Virus record (IMG/VR): IMGVR_UViG_3300002461_000323
Location: 41,952-105,951 of that record
DNA length: 64,000 bases
Source of the DNA: a virus
Direction: 5' to 3' (one strand)
In this document: piece by piece, positions 37,841 through 46,720 of the stretch
Position numbering within the stretch: position 1 is the first letter of the stretch
How the letters are laid out: the number at the start of each line of letters is the position of its first letter
Translations under genes and position numbers: made by a program
Notes under the pieces: model-generated
What the model was told of the DNA's origin: nothing
Databases searched by the model: none
What the model saw: only the letters and a program-made list of their open reading frames with translations

Positions 37841-38635
37841 ATGGGTGTGAATTGGATGAAGACCGGCGCAGAAAGCGCTAAAGTGGCAGAGCAGGATGCC
37901 CAGGAGAAGAAAGCCTGGCAGGAAGCGCAGGGCAGCACCTGGCGTTTCTTCTTGAAGGAAGGAGAAGAGGCACGTATCACGTTCGTGGACGGTGATCTGG
38001 TGGACAGCGAAGTTGGCAAAATCCTTGGCCCACCACGCTACTACGAGCACAACCTGCAGATCAACGGCAAGTGGGGCAACACCTTCGTTTGTCCGGAGAA
38101 GACGATGCCGGGCTCGGGCTACCACTGCCCGATCTGTGCAGCGGGTGACCGGGCGTCGTTGGTCGCGCTGTTCACGATCATCGACCACCGCGAGTTCAAG
38201 GGCAAGAACGACAAGGTGTACAAGGACAGCAAGCGACTCGTGGTCGCCAAGCCCAACACCATGGAAATCTTGACCAAGATCGCGCTGAAGCGTGGTGGTC
38301 TGGCAGGCTGCACGTTCGACGTCAGTCGCATGGGCGAGAACAGCGCGGCAATCGGCAGCATATTCGACTTCGTCGAGAAGAACGAGATCAACGAACTCCA
38401 GGCGGCGTTCACCGAGGAGATTGAGGTCAACGGCAAGAAGGCCGTGGTCTCGAAGTTCACCCCGGTGGAGTACGACAAAGAGATCGTGTTCCGTTCGCCC
38501 GAAGAACTGGTGGCCCTCGGCGTCGGCAAACCCGTGATCAGCGGTGCAGGCACTGGCATGGTCAACCCTGGTGGTCAGCCGTCCAAAGGCGGCTCCGTCT
38601 TGGGTGGCAAGAGCAACTACGCGGCCAACCTGTAA
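37841..38635 (+). CDS. single-stranded DNA-binding protein (gp32-like)
   Basis: RFFLK.GEE..ITF, H...C...CPIC Zn site, FDVSRMG; lies in the replication block. Confidence 0.65.
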   Translation: MGVNWMKTGAESAKVAEQDAQEKKAWQEAQGSTWRFFLKEGEEARITFVDGDLVDSEVGKILGPPRYYEHNLQINGKWGNTFVCPEKTMPGSGYHCPICAAGDRASLVALFTIIDHREFKGKNDKVYKDSKRLVVAKPNTMEILTKIALKRGGLAGCTFDVSRMGENSAAIGSIFDFVEKNEINELQAAFTEEIEVNGKKAVVSKFTPVEYDKEIVFRSPEELVALGVGKPVISGAGTGMVNPGGQPSKGGSVLGGKSNYAANL

Positions 38636-38671
38636 CCTAATGGCCCGGGGGCTCACGCTCCCGGGTTCCCA

Positions 38672-40015
38672 ATGAAACTCAACATCAATCCAGTAGCCTT
38701 CGGTGCCAGCGCATGGGTGCCCGCCAACGAGGAGACACTGGACATCCTGACGAAGACCGACAAGTTTGGTGAAGAATACAAGCTCTTCCGCTGGACAGAA
38801 GGCCAGAAGTACCTTGAGGTCGCACGTGGCCTCGTGAGCAGAGCGCAGGCCGAGAACGATCACACGGTCGTCCACCCGCCAGTGCAATCAATTGCAGTCA
38901 AGCCTCCCCGGAACGAAGATCAGGCCTCGTGCATCGAGAAGTCCTACAAGTTCCTGAGTGCAGGCATCGATCACATTGTTGAAGCCCCGACCGGCTTCGG
39001 CAAAACCTACCTCGGATGCGCGGTCGCCGGGTTGCTCGGCCAGCCGACGCTGATCATCGTCACCAAGAACGATCTGGTGGAGGGCTGGCACAAGACGCTG
39101 GTGCACCTGATGGGCATCCCCGCCAACCAGATCGGGCACATCCAGCAAGACAAGTGCGTGTACAAGGGCTGTCGGTTCGTGATCGCGATGATCCACTCGC
39201 TGGTTGAGCGCGAGTATCCGGCCGATATGTACAACTACTTCGGTCTGGTGATCTTCGACGAGGTTCACCGGTTGGGCAGCGAGTATTTCGAGAACGTCTG
39301 CTACAAGCTGCCCGCCCGCCACCGCCTGGGCCTGAGCGCCACCCCTACCCGGGCCGACGGCCGCGACTCGCTTTTCAAGCTCCACATCGGTCCGATCCTT
39401 GTGCGCGGCACCTGGATTCCCATGAGCCCGAAGGTGCTGATGAAGAAGACCGGCTGGAAGGTCCCGATGGTCAACCGCCGTGACCCAGAGACCGGCAAGT
39501 GGGCGCGGGTGCCCATGGAGGTCGTTCCCGGGCGTCTGGGCGCGGTCGTCAAGGCGCTGGCTGCCGACGTCCCACGGAACACCGAGATCGCGGACATGGC
39601 CTACCAGTCGTACCTGGCCGGACGCACGGTCCTGATCCTCTCGGACCTGATAGACGACCACCTGAAGCTGCTTTTCCACTACATTACGCACGCCGGTGTG
39701 TCGGGAGAGCATATTGGGTGGTACACTGGCCGACAGAAGCAGGCTGAGCTTGAAATCGCGAAAAAGGCACGTATTGTGCTGGCAACCTACGCGATGACAG
39801 CCGAGGGCACGGACGTCCCCCACTGGGATACGCTGATCCTCGCCACGCCCAAGGCCAACGTCAAACAGGCGGTCGGTCGAGTGCTTCGGTTCGTGGACGA
39901 GAAGAAGCAGCCGGTGGTCTTCGACCTCGTTGACAATCACAAGATGTTTGAGACCTTCTACTTTTCAAGGCTCAAGCAGTACTATTCCCTCAAAGCAGAG
40001 ATCGTGGAGGTCTGA
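38672..40015 (+). CDS. superfamily 2 DNA helicase
   Basis: APTGFGKT, DEVH, GLSATPTRADG, EGTDVP and QAVGRVLR motifs. Confidence 0.9.
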   Translation: MKLNINPVAFGASAWVPANEETLDILTKTDKFGEEYKLFRWTEGQKYLEVARGLVSRAQAENDHTVVHPPVQSIAVKPPRNEDQASCIEKSYKFLSAGIDHIVEAPTGFGKTYLGCAVAGLLGQPTLIIVTKNDLVEGWHKTLVHLMGIPANQIGHIQQDKCVYKGCRFVIAMIHSLVEREYPADMYNYFGLVIFDEVHRLGSEYFENVCYKLPARHRLGLSATPTRADGRDSLFKLHIGPILVRGTWIPMSPKVLMKKTGWKVPMVNRRDPETGKWARVPMEVVPGRLGAVVKALAADVPRNTEIADMAYQSYLAGRTVLILSDLIDDHLKLLFHYITHAGVSGEHIGWYTGRQKQAELEIAKKARIVLATYAMTAEGTDVPHWDTLILATPKANVKQAVGRVLRFVDEKKQPVVFDLVDNHKMFETFYFSRLKQYYSLKAEIVEV

Positions 40016-40017
40016 TC

Positions 40018-40437
40018 GTGGCTGATGACTCATTCAAGAAGTGGTACACGGAGAACCGTGACCGACTGGCAGAGACCCGGCGCAAGCGGTACGCGGAGGA
40101 CGCGACCTACCGTGAGCAGGTGAAGGCCCGGTCGGCGGATGCCCGTGACCGCAAGCGTGCCGAGACCCCGAAGGTCGGGCTCACTGGCCTGTCGATCGCC
40201 GAGGTCTGCGAGAGCCTGGACATCAGCGAGTGGACGCTCAACAGTTGGCGCAACCGTGGGTACTATCCAGAGCCTCGCAAAGAAGGCCAGAGACCTGTGT
40301 TCACCTACGACCAGCTTACGCTGCTGCAACTCATCCGTGAGTTCTTCCAGACCCACCCGCGCCGCGTGGCCGGGCTCCATCGCGAGGAACTTGGTGTTCT
40401 CGTGGACGTTATTCACCACAATTGGAAAAAGGACTGA
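40018..40437 (+). CDS. MerR-like HTH DNA-binding protein
   Basis: SIAEVCESLDISEWTLNSWRNRG..PEP..R.FT.DQL motif. Confidence 0.7.
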   Translation: MADDSFKKWYTENRDRLAETRRKRYAEDATYREQVKARSADARDRKRAETPKVGLTGLSIAEVCESLDISEWTLNSWRNRGYYPEPRKEGQRPVFTYDQLTLLQLIREFFQTHPRRVAGLHREELGVLVDVIHHNWKKD

Positions 40438-40439
40438 TC

Positions 40440-40832
40440 ATGGCGATCCAGATCAAGAAAGCGCTGAGCCCCGCCGCTCCCTCAGCGTTGATCAAGCAGA
40501 ACAAGTACGCGAAGCACCTGATGAGCCCGGCCCCCACGCATAAGGCCGAGCAGGTGGTTGGCACGATGACCACGCAGAAGACCGCTTCGGGTGTCGTGGT
40601 CTCCGAGGGCGCTGAGCAGGAACTGGTGCACCCCGGGATGATCGTGCAGCCCTCGAACGCCTGCAAGGTCAAAGTCGGTGGCAGCCGGACGATCAACACC
40701 GGAAACTACGAGAGCGTGAAGATCAACGTCGAGATCGAAATGGTGACCGTCAAAGAGGCGATCGAAGAGACGTATGAGTTCTGCACCGAATGGGTGAGCG
40801 AAAAACTGGCGAAAGCCGTCAAAGGGGTTTAA
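40440..40832 (+). CDS. hypothetical protein
   Basis: RTINTGNYESVKI motif; SD AAGGA. Confidence 0.6.
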   Translation: MAIQIKKALSPAAPSALIKQNKYAKHLMSPAPTHKAEQVVGTMTTQKTASGVVVSEGAEQELVHPGMIVQPSNACKVKVGGSRTINTGNYESVKINVEIEMVTVKEAIEETYEFCTEWVSEKLAKAVKGV

Positions 40833-40834
40833 GC

Positions 40835-42028
40835 ATGGGTGTACAGATCAAGGGCGCGGCTGCGGCTCCAGCGCCTGCCAAGCCAGTGCAATCAATTGCG
40901 GAGGCGGCCCCCGTGGTCAAGCCTCAGAAAGCCGAGCCGAGTGAGTTGGCAGAGACGATGAAGACGATAAAGAAGACACTTGGAGAGAAGTCGATCGTCC
41001 GTGGCTCGGAGATTCCGATGCCCAAGCGCTTGCCTACCGGCGTGTTCGAGTTCGACCTTGCAACCGGTGGCGGCTTCCCCGAGAACCGGTACTCGATCGT
41101 CTACGGCCCCGAGTCGTCGGGCAAGACCAACATCGTGTACAAGGCGATCGCCCAGGCTCAGCGCCGTCCGCCGCCCTGCAACAAGGCTGTGTTCGTGGAC
41201 CTTGAGGGTACGTTCAGCGCTGAATGGGCGATGATGTTCGGTGTTGATGTGGACGCGTTGATCGTCGCCAAGCCATCGTACGGTGAGCAGGCGGTGGACA
41301 TGATCGATGCGCTGGTACGGGCGTCCGACGTCGCGTTCCTGGCCGTGGACTCGATCGCCGTGATGATCGCAGCCAGAGAAGTCGCAGGTTCGACAGAGAA
41401 GGCGGACGTCGGCACGAGCGCGTTGCTGATCAAGCGGCTGTCGAACAAGCTGGCGATCGCACTTTCGGAAGAGCAGAAGCGTGACCACAACGTGGCGGTG
41501 GTGCTGCTGAACCAGACCCGGTTCAAGATCGGCGTGATGTTCGGCGACCCCGAGACCATGCCGGGCGGGCAGACCGTGAAGTTCAACGCCAGCTTGATCG
41601 TCCGCATCTACGGCAAGAACGAGACGGTGAAGGAGATCAGCAGCAACATCCCGGCGTTCAAAGAGACGACGATGACGATCAAGAAGGCGAAGATCGGTAT
41701 CGTGCAGGCGGCCACCAAGTACAGCATGTGCATGCTCGAACACGACGGGCTGAGCGTGGGCGATACCGACAGCTTCAACGCGGTCAAGGGCTACCTCCAG
41801 GCCAGCGGCCACCTGAAGAAGGTCGAAGGTTCCAAAGGTGGTTGGGAGTTGTTGGGCAAGGTCTGGCCCACGCTGTCTGTGCTGCAAGACACCTACCGGG
41901 CCGAGAACGAGTTCGCGAACCAACTGCACGAGATCATCGTCAAGAGCCAGAGCTTCACACTCGTCGAGGCTCAGTCGTTGGTCGAGCCCCAGGGCGAGCA
42001 GCCAGTTGAAGGAGCGCCAGTTGGCTGA
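40835..42028 (+). CDS. recA: RecA-like recombinase
   Basis: GPESSGKT, VDSIA, NQTRFKIGVMFGDPETMPGG..KF motifs. Confidence 0.92.
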   Translation: MGVQIKGAAAAPAPAKPVQSIAEAAPVVKPQKAEPSELAETMKTIKKTLGEKSIVRGSEIPMPKRLPTGVFEFDLATGGGFPENRYSIVYGPESSGKTNIVYKAIAQAQRRPPPCNKAVFVDLEGTFSAEWAMMFGVDVDALIVAKPSYGEQAVDMIDALVRASDVAFLAVDSIAVMIAAREVAGSTEKADVGTSALLIKRLSNKLAIALSEEQKRDHNVAVVLLNQTRFKIGVMFGDPETMPGGQTVKFNASLIVRIYGKNETVKEISSNIPAFKETTMTIKKAKIGIVQAATKYSMCMLEHDGLSVGDTDSFNAVKGYLQASGHLKKVEGSKGGWELLGKVWPTLSVLQDTYRAENEFANQLHEIIVKSQSFTLVEAQSLVEPQGEQPVEGAPVG

Positions 42029-42386
42029 CCCAAACCCTTTCCGCGCCGCCCGCCCTAAGGTGGACAACGCGCACGGCAAGCTCTACGAGGCACGGGCTGC
42101 CAAGTCCCTCGGGGCCAGGCTCACGCCGAACTCCGGGGCGATGGCGAGTGCCAAAGGGGATATGAGCACCGCCGAGTTCTTGTTCGAGAGCAAAGTCACT
42201 GTAGACTCCAGCCTCTCGGTCAAACTCGCGTGGCTGGTGAAGATCAGCGAGGAGGCTCAGGCGAAGGCCAAGCGTCCCGGGCTGATCATCGCGTTCGTCC
42301 ACCCAGACGGCCGACCCAAGCCCAACTGCGAGAGCGAGTGGGTGTGTATGCCGATGGCTGTATTTCAAGAACTGACAGAGAAATGA
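42021..42386 (+). CDS. PD-(D/E)XK nuclease, Holliday-junction resolvase-like
   Basis: TTG start after AAGGAG; E.R.AK...TPNSGA...KGD...LFESK motif. Confidence 0.65.
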   Translation: MADPNPFRAARPKVDNAHGKLYEARAAKSLGARLTPNSGAMASAKGDMSTAEFLFESKVTVDSSLSVKLAWLVKISEEAQAKAKRPGLIIAFVHPDGRPKPNCESEWVCMPMAVFQELTEK

Positions 42387-43246
42387 TCAAATTTATCCAA
42401 GATGCAGTCAATCAGAAGCCTGAGAAGAAGGACCTGATCATGCTGCTGACCAAGAACTTGGCCCGGTACTGGCCTGAGCGTTCGCACAAGACCGTCCACT
42501 GCTCGGACGTCACGAAGGAGAGCTTCTGTGGCCGCCAATTTAGACTCCTCGACGTCCTGGATAAGAAGCGCCCTGACCAGTACATCGCAGCCGGTCTCAA
42601 GGCTACGTTCGACGTCGGTAATGCCACCGCAGACCTCGTCTGCAACCGTTGGGCCGGCGATCACGCTCTCGGTCACTGGGAGTGCGACTCTTGCGGCGAC
42701 CAGAAGTACTGGACGAACAAGCCCGGCCAGGGGTGCGCGAAGATGGGCAAGTGCGCGTGGAAGTACAAGGAAGTAGGCTTCCAGCACCAGCCGAGCAAGC
42801 TCCATGGCTCGATCGATCTGATGGTCAACCTCGGCCAGACTAAAGCCACGGCCATCGAGTTGAAGATCATCAAGGCCGACGACTTTGACAAGCTCGCGGC
42901 TCCCATGGGCGAACACCGTGCACGCACGCGCCTGTACATGCGGGTGATCCGTGAGTCCGACAGCCCGTACAAGCAGTTCGTGGACACCCAGCACGCGAAG
43001 GTCCTGTACGTCAGCCGTGGCTTCGGAAAGAAGAGCCTGGACGCGCAGAACCAGATCGTGCCGTTCAAGGAGTTCGACGTCGAGGCCGATGACGAGTCGG
43101 TGCAGCCGTACATCGACCGCGCCCAGGCCGTGCAGACCTCCCGAGAACAGCAGACGATGCTGCACCGGCTCTGCGTAGGCCCCGGCGATCCGCGTGCCAA
43201 GGGCTGCCCGGTAAAGACCGAGTGCTTTTCTGGGGCGTTCGGATGA
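42383..43246 (+). CDS. Cas4-like PD-(D/E)XK exonuclease
   Basis: H.SD...CGRQ, GSIDL..IELK, C-terminal C..CP...C cluster. Confidence 0.7.
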   Translation: MIKFIQDAVNQKPEKKDLIMLLTKNLARYWPERSHKTVHCSDVTKESFCGRQFRLLDVLDKKRPDQYIAAGLKATFDVGNATADLVCNRWAGDHALGHWECDSCGDQKYWTNKPGQGCAKMGKCAWKYKEVGFQHQPSKLHGSIDLMVNLGQTKATAIELKIIKADDFDKLAAPMGEHRARTRLYMRVIRESDSPYKQFVDTQHAKVLYVSRGFGKKSLDAQNQIVPFKEFDVEADDESVQPYIDRAQAVQTSREQQTMLHRLCVGPGDPRAKGCPVKTECFSGAFG

Positions 43247-43728
43247 ACTACACGGTACTCGGCGTCGATCCGAGCACGAAGACCGGTCTGGCGTTCATCG
43301 ATGGCACGGAGGTCTCGACCTCGGTAATCCAGTACGAGAAGATGAAGGGCATGCAACGGATTGCACTCTTGCAGAGTGAGTTCGAAGAGCGGCTTTACAA
43401 GTGGAATCCCGGGGTTGTCGTGGTCGAGGGCTACGGGTTCGCCAACAAGTTCACCCTCTCGCTGATGGTCGAAATCGGGTGCGCTTACAGATTGGTTTTG
43501 CACAAATCAGGGATTCCCTGGTACTATGTGCCCCCTACGGTGCTCAAGAAGTACGCCGTGGGCAATGGAGCAGCGAAGAAGCCGCAGGTCGCGGCTGCTG
43601 TAAAGGACCGTTGGGGCTTCAACTCCCCTTCGGATGATGTGGTTGACGCGTACGTTCTAGCCAAGATCGGCCAAGAACTGAGCGTTTCAGGGGTCTCAAC
43701 AGACCTAAAAGGGGTTGAGCGTGGTTGA
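43243..43728 (+). CDS. RuvC-like Holliday junction resolvase
   Basis: LGVDPS..TG, VVVEG, KK...G.G.A.K and D..DA motifs. Confidence 0.85.
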   Translation: MNYTVLGVDPSTKTGLAFIDGTEVSTSVIQYEKMKGMQRIALLQSEFEERLYKWNPGVVVVEGYGFANKFTLSLMVEIGCAYRLVLHKSGIPWYYVPPTVLKKYAVGNGAAKKPQVAAAVKDRWGFNSPSDDVVDAYVLAKIGQELSVSGVSTDLKGVERG

Positions 43729-43748
43729 GTTTTTTCAAGGAGCATTTT

Positions 43749-44552
43749 ATGGATAACGCCCAGTACCGCAAGAACGTGATGAAGACCTTGAGCATCGGGC
43801 CAGCCAAGCTCGGCCTGCGACAGGTCACCCGCAAGACCCCACGCATGAACGTGTTCAATGCCGTTGTGGGGATTGCAACTGAGACCATGGAGTTGGCAAA
43901 GGGCCTCAGCCCCTACCTCTCCGGTGCCTCGCAGTTGACGGAGCCGATGAAGATCAACGCCTTCGAAGAATCTGGTGACATCGGCTACTACGTGACCGTG
44001 GCCGCCAAGTTCCTGAAGGTCAAGCTCCCCGGCTCCGGCAAGAAGTCCAAGCTCAAAGGCATGACCCGCACTGAAGCGGTCCTGCAGATGAACGGCCTGG
44101 CTGGCGACATGCTCGATCTTGCCAAGAAGTTCATGTACGGCCCGAAGATGGTCAAGACCGGTGAGAAGACCGTGACCAAGAAGTCCGTGGTGCTGGACGC
44201 CATTGGTCTGAAGGTGGTCGAGAGCACGGACGCCGCTGGCAAACCCGTGTACAAGTACCAGAAGGTCACCAGCACCGTGGACGTCATGGGCATCGATCAG
44301 GCGGCTACCGAAGCGCTGTTCGCTGAACGTGAAGCCAAGATCAAGGACCTGCTGGAACAGTTCGCGCCGCTCTATTGGGCGTTCGTGTACGAGACCTTCG
44401 GTGTGCCGCCTGCGAACGTGTTCGTCGGCAACATCGCGAAGCTCAGCCAGCGTTACGGTGAAGGGTATTTCGAACTGTCCGAAGCCGAGCACCGGGACAC
44501 CGATGCCGAGATCGAGGCAATGAGCGGGGCGGCAGCAGCAGTGGCGGCGTGA
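43749..44552 (+). CDS. MazG-like NTP pyrophosphohydrolase (tandem-duplicated fold)
   Basis: GIATE..EL...EESGDIGYY, second half LAKK..YG...NIAKL.QRY..G.F. Confidence 0.7.
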   Translation: MDNAQYRKNVMKTLSIGPAKLGLRQVTRKTPRMNVFNAVVGIATETMELAKGLSPYLSGASQLTEPMKINAFEESGDIGYYVTVAAKFLKVKLPGSGKKSKLKGMTRTEAVLQMNGLAGDMLDLAKKFMYGPKMVKTGEKTVTKKSVVLDAIGLKVVESTDAAGKPVYKYQKVTSTVDVMGIDQAATEALFAEREAKIKDLLEQFAPLYWAFVYETFGVPPANVFVGNIAKLSQRYGEGYFELSEAEHRDTDAEIEAMSGAAAAVAA

Positions 44553-44571
44553 TGCAATTGATTGCGCCATA

Positions 44572-44600
44572 TTGACAAACCAAACGGGCCGGGCTATAAT
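44572..44600 (+). promoter_or_regulatory. sigma70-type promoter
   Basis: TTGACA-17-TATAAT. Confidence 0.85.
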
Positions 44601-44636
44601 TGACAGTCAGGCCCCCTTCAACATCAGGAGTATTTC

Positions 44637-45473
44637 ATGAGCGAAGACCAAGCAGCAGCCGCAACCGACGGCGCACAAACCCAGGTGACGGAGACGGCAG
44701 AAGCCGCGACCCTGCCTCCCACGGCTCTCGCAGCCAGCAAGGCCACGAAGTCCGGCGACCTGATCGCTGACATCGCGCACGAGATCGAGACCATGACCAA
44801 GGTCAAGGCTCTGAATCGCGCCGAGAAACTGGCCGAAGACATCGAAGCCAACTACTTCAAGCTGGGTGGCCTGCTGAAGCTGATCCTCGCACAGCAGTGG
44901 TTCGAGGGCTTCCCCTCGTTCGGCGCGTTCGTGCTGGAGAAGTTCGGTTTCGCCGAGCGCAAGGCCCATTACCTGATCAGCATCTACACCCAGTTGGTGG
45001 ACAAGCAGATTCCCTGGGAAAAGGTGCAGCACCTCGGCTGGACCAAGCTCAAGGACCTCGCGGCGGTGCTCACGCCTGAGAACGTGGACGATTGGGTGGC
45101 GAAGGCCGAGAAGGTCAGCGTGGCCGAACTGCAGGCGATGCTCAAGGGCACTGGCGGCAACGAAGGTGGCGAGCCCAGTTCCGCTGGCACGTCCGACGTC
45201 GTGTCGTGGAAGGTCAAGCTGCACAAGGACCAGCACGAGTCGGTGAACATGGCGCTGGCGAAGGCCAAGGGCGAAATGCAGACCGACCACGACAACGTGG
45301 CGCTGGCCGCAATCTGCACCGGCTACCTTGCCAACAGTTCGGGTGTGGTGGCCTCCGGCCCCGCCGCCGATCCCGTGGAGACCTTCAAGTCCATGGGCTA
45401 CGAGGCAGTGTTGGGCGTGTTCGAACAATCGTTCCCGAACATCGACCTTGAAGTCACGGTGAAAGCCGCGTAA
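44637..45473 (+). CDS. putative DNA-binding protein (DUF3102-like helical/HTH region)
   Basis: LG..L..I......GF.SF..FV...FG...RKA.YL pattern; SD AGGAG. Confidence 0.55.
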   Translation: MSEDQAAAATDGAQTQVTETAEAATLPPTALAASKATKSGDLIADIAHEIETMTKVKALNRAEKLAEDIEANYFKLGGLLKLILAQQWFEGFPSFGAFVLEKFGFAERKAHYLISIYTQLVDKQIPWEKVQHLGWTKLKDLAAVLTPENVDDWVAKAEKVSVAELQAMLKGTGGNEGGEPSSAGTSDVVSWKVKLHKDQHESVNMALAKAKGEMQTDHDNVALAAICTGYLANSSGVVASGPAADPVETFKSMGYEAVLGVFEQSFPNIDLEVTVKAA

Positions 45474-45484
45474 GAATGCCGACC

Positions 45485-45722
45485 TGAGCCTGAGGACGCT
45501 AGAGGTGCCACCAATCGGTCGCCTCAGCCTCCTCGGCCACGACGCATGCCCTAAGTCTGTAGTGGCGTAATCAGGCCTTGTTGAGGTTCCTCGCGGAGCC
45601 CCAACAGGAGAGCGTAGAAAGTTTGGCTAGGGTCGCTCCCGAACGAGTAGCAGGAGGTGCCTGTTACCCCGCCAGACCGACCAGTTGTATCAACGGTCAC
45701 CTATGCTCTCCTGTTGGATCAA
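45485..45722 (+). ncRNA. unidentified structured RNA element A
   Basis: 17-bp stem 45601-45617/45701-45717 with a G-U pair, enclosing several nested hairpins; further stems at 45488-45600. Confidence 0.55.
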
Positions 45723-45814
45723 CCCGATCCTTCAACGCAGGAGTTCTCATGTTCTCGACCCTCGCCCGCTACCTGCGTATGTTGTCCCGTCTTCCCACCA
45801 CTCTGGAGAATCTC

Positions 45815-46045
45815 ATGACCACCCAAGCCGAACTCGTTGAGCAGTTGAATGCCTTGACCGCGACCGTGACCAAAGTCCGCACCGAAACCCAGACCGTGCT
45901 TGCCCGCGTGGCCGAACTCGAAGCCGCTGTGTTGGCCGGTCAGACGGTCACCCCCGAAGTCCAGCAGGCCCTCGACAACCTGGCAGTCGCCGTGGCCGCT
46001 GTTGACGCCGAAGTTCCTGACGCCCCGGCTGCACCCGCAGTCTGA
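45815..46045 (+). CDS. small coiled-coil protein (alternative in-frame start at 45749)
   Basis: GGAG SD before both ATGs; heptad pattern. Confidence 0.65.
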   Translation: MTTQAELVEQLNALTATVTKVRTETQTVLARVAELEAAVLAGQTVTPEVQQALDNLAVAVAAVDAEVPDAPAAPAV

Positions 46046-46053
46046 GCAAGGAA

Positions 46054-46260
46054 GTGACAGTCTCTGCCCACAAGGCAGGACTGTTACCTAGTGGTTCTGC
46101 TGGTCCCGAAAGGGTAATCCGCGTTCAGGCAAGGTAGTGGTGCTCTCCGGGCGCAAGCCGACAACAATACGGGAGAGCGGGTAGGCAGGTCCGTTTCGAG
46201 TCCTTCGCTGAGCCCAAGGTGCACTAAGCGTTGCCCTAGCAGAACCACTAGGTGGCAGTC
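46054..46260 (+). ncRNA. unidentified structured RNA element B
   Basis: 23-25 bp closing stem 46079-46103/46236-46260 with G-U pairs; two GNRA-capped hairpins inside. Confidence 0.65.
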
Positions 46261-46273
46261 ATAAATTCAAGGA

Positions 46274-46720
46274 GTGACAGTGGCAATCACGATCAAGATA
46301 GTTCCGAGCGCAGCCGTGCAATCACTTGCAGCCGCCCAAGAGAAGGCAGCGGCAGCAGTCGCAACCCCGGTGGCAGTCTCTGCCCCGCCAGAGCCCGCCC
46401 CGATTGCCGTGGCCTCTGAGAAGGCGGCAGAAGCAGGAAGCACGTTTCTGGCAGCACTAGCGGGCAAGGCCGAGGCCCCGCTGCCCTGGGAGGCCGATGA
46501 GTCGTACACGATCATGGAGGCGCTGAAAGAGCACTTCGATCGCTCACGCAAGGGTGAGACCCTGTATCTGCGCAACCGTACGACCGGTCAGATGTTCTTG
46601 GTCAAGGGCTACAACTCTGATGACGGCCGAGCCCTGCTGGAGAGCCCGGAAAAGGCTACACTCAAGCCCGTGATCACGAAGCGCGAGGTCCCGCTCTACG
46701 AGCCGTTCTGGAGGTCTTGA
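46274..46720 (+). CDS. hypothetical protein
   Basis: AAGGAG SD; GTG start at 46274 or 46280. Confidence 0.6.
   Translation: MTVAITIKIVPSAAVQSLAAAQEKAAAAVATPVAVSAPPEPAPIAVASEKAAEAGSTFLAALAGKAEAPLPWEADESYTIMEALKEHFDRSRKGETLYLRNRTTGQMFLVKGYNSDDGRALLESPEKATLKPVITKREVPLYEPFWRS

Noticed and set aside
38643-38668. GC-rich hairpin after the SSB gene (and a similar one at 18481-18520)
   Set aside because: There is no U-tract. These may be stabilising or processing hairpins but cannot be called terminators.
42383-43246. Cas4-like gene as evidence of a CRISPR-Cas system
   Set aside because: There is no array or other cas gene, and stand-alone Cas4-like nucleases are common in phage recombination modules.
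46079-46260. Element B as a retron msr-msd, tRNA or Y RNA
   Set aside because: There is no reverse transcriptase or Ro60/TROVE gene in the window. The TTCGAGTCC segment lacks a proper T-stem, and no cloverleaf can be drawn.
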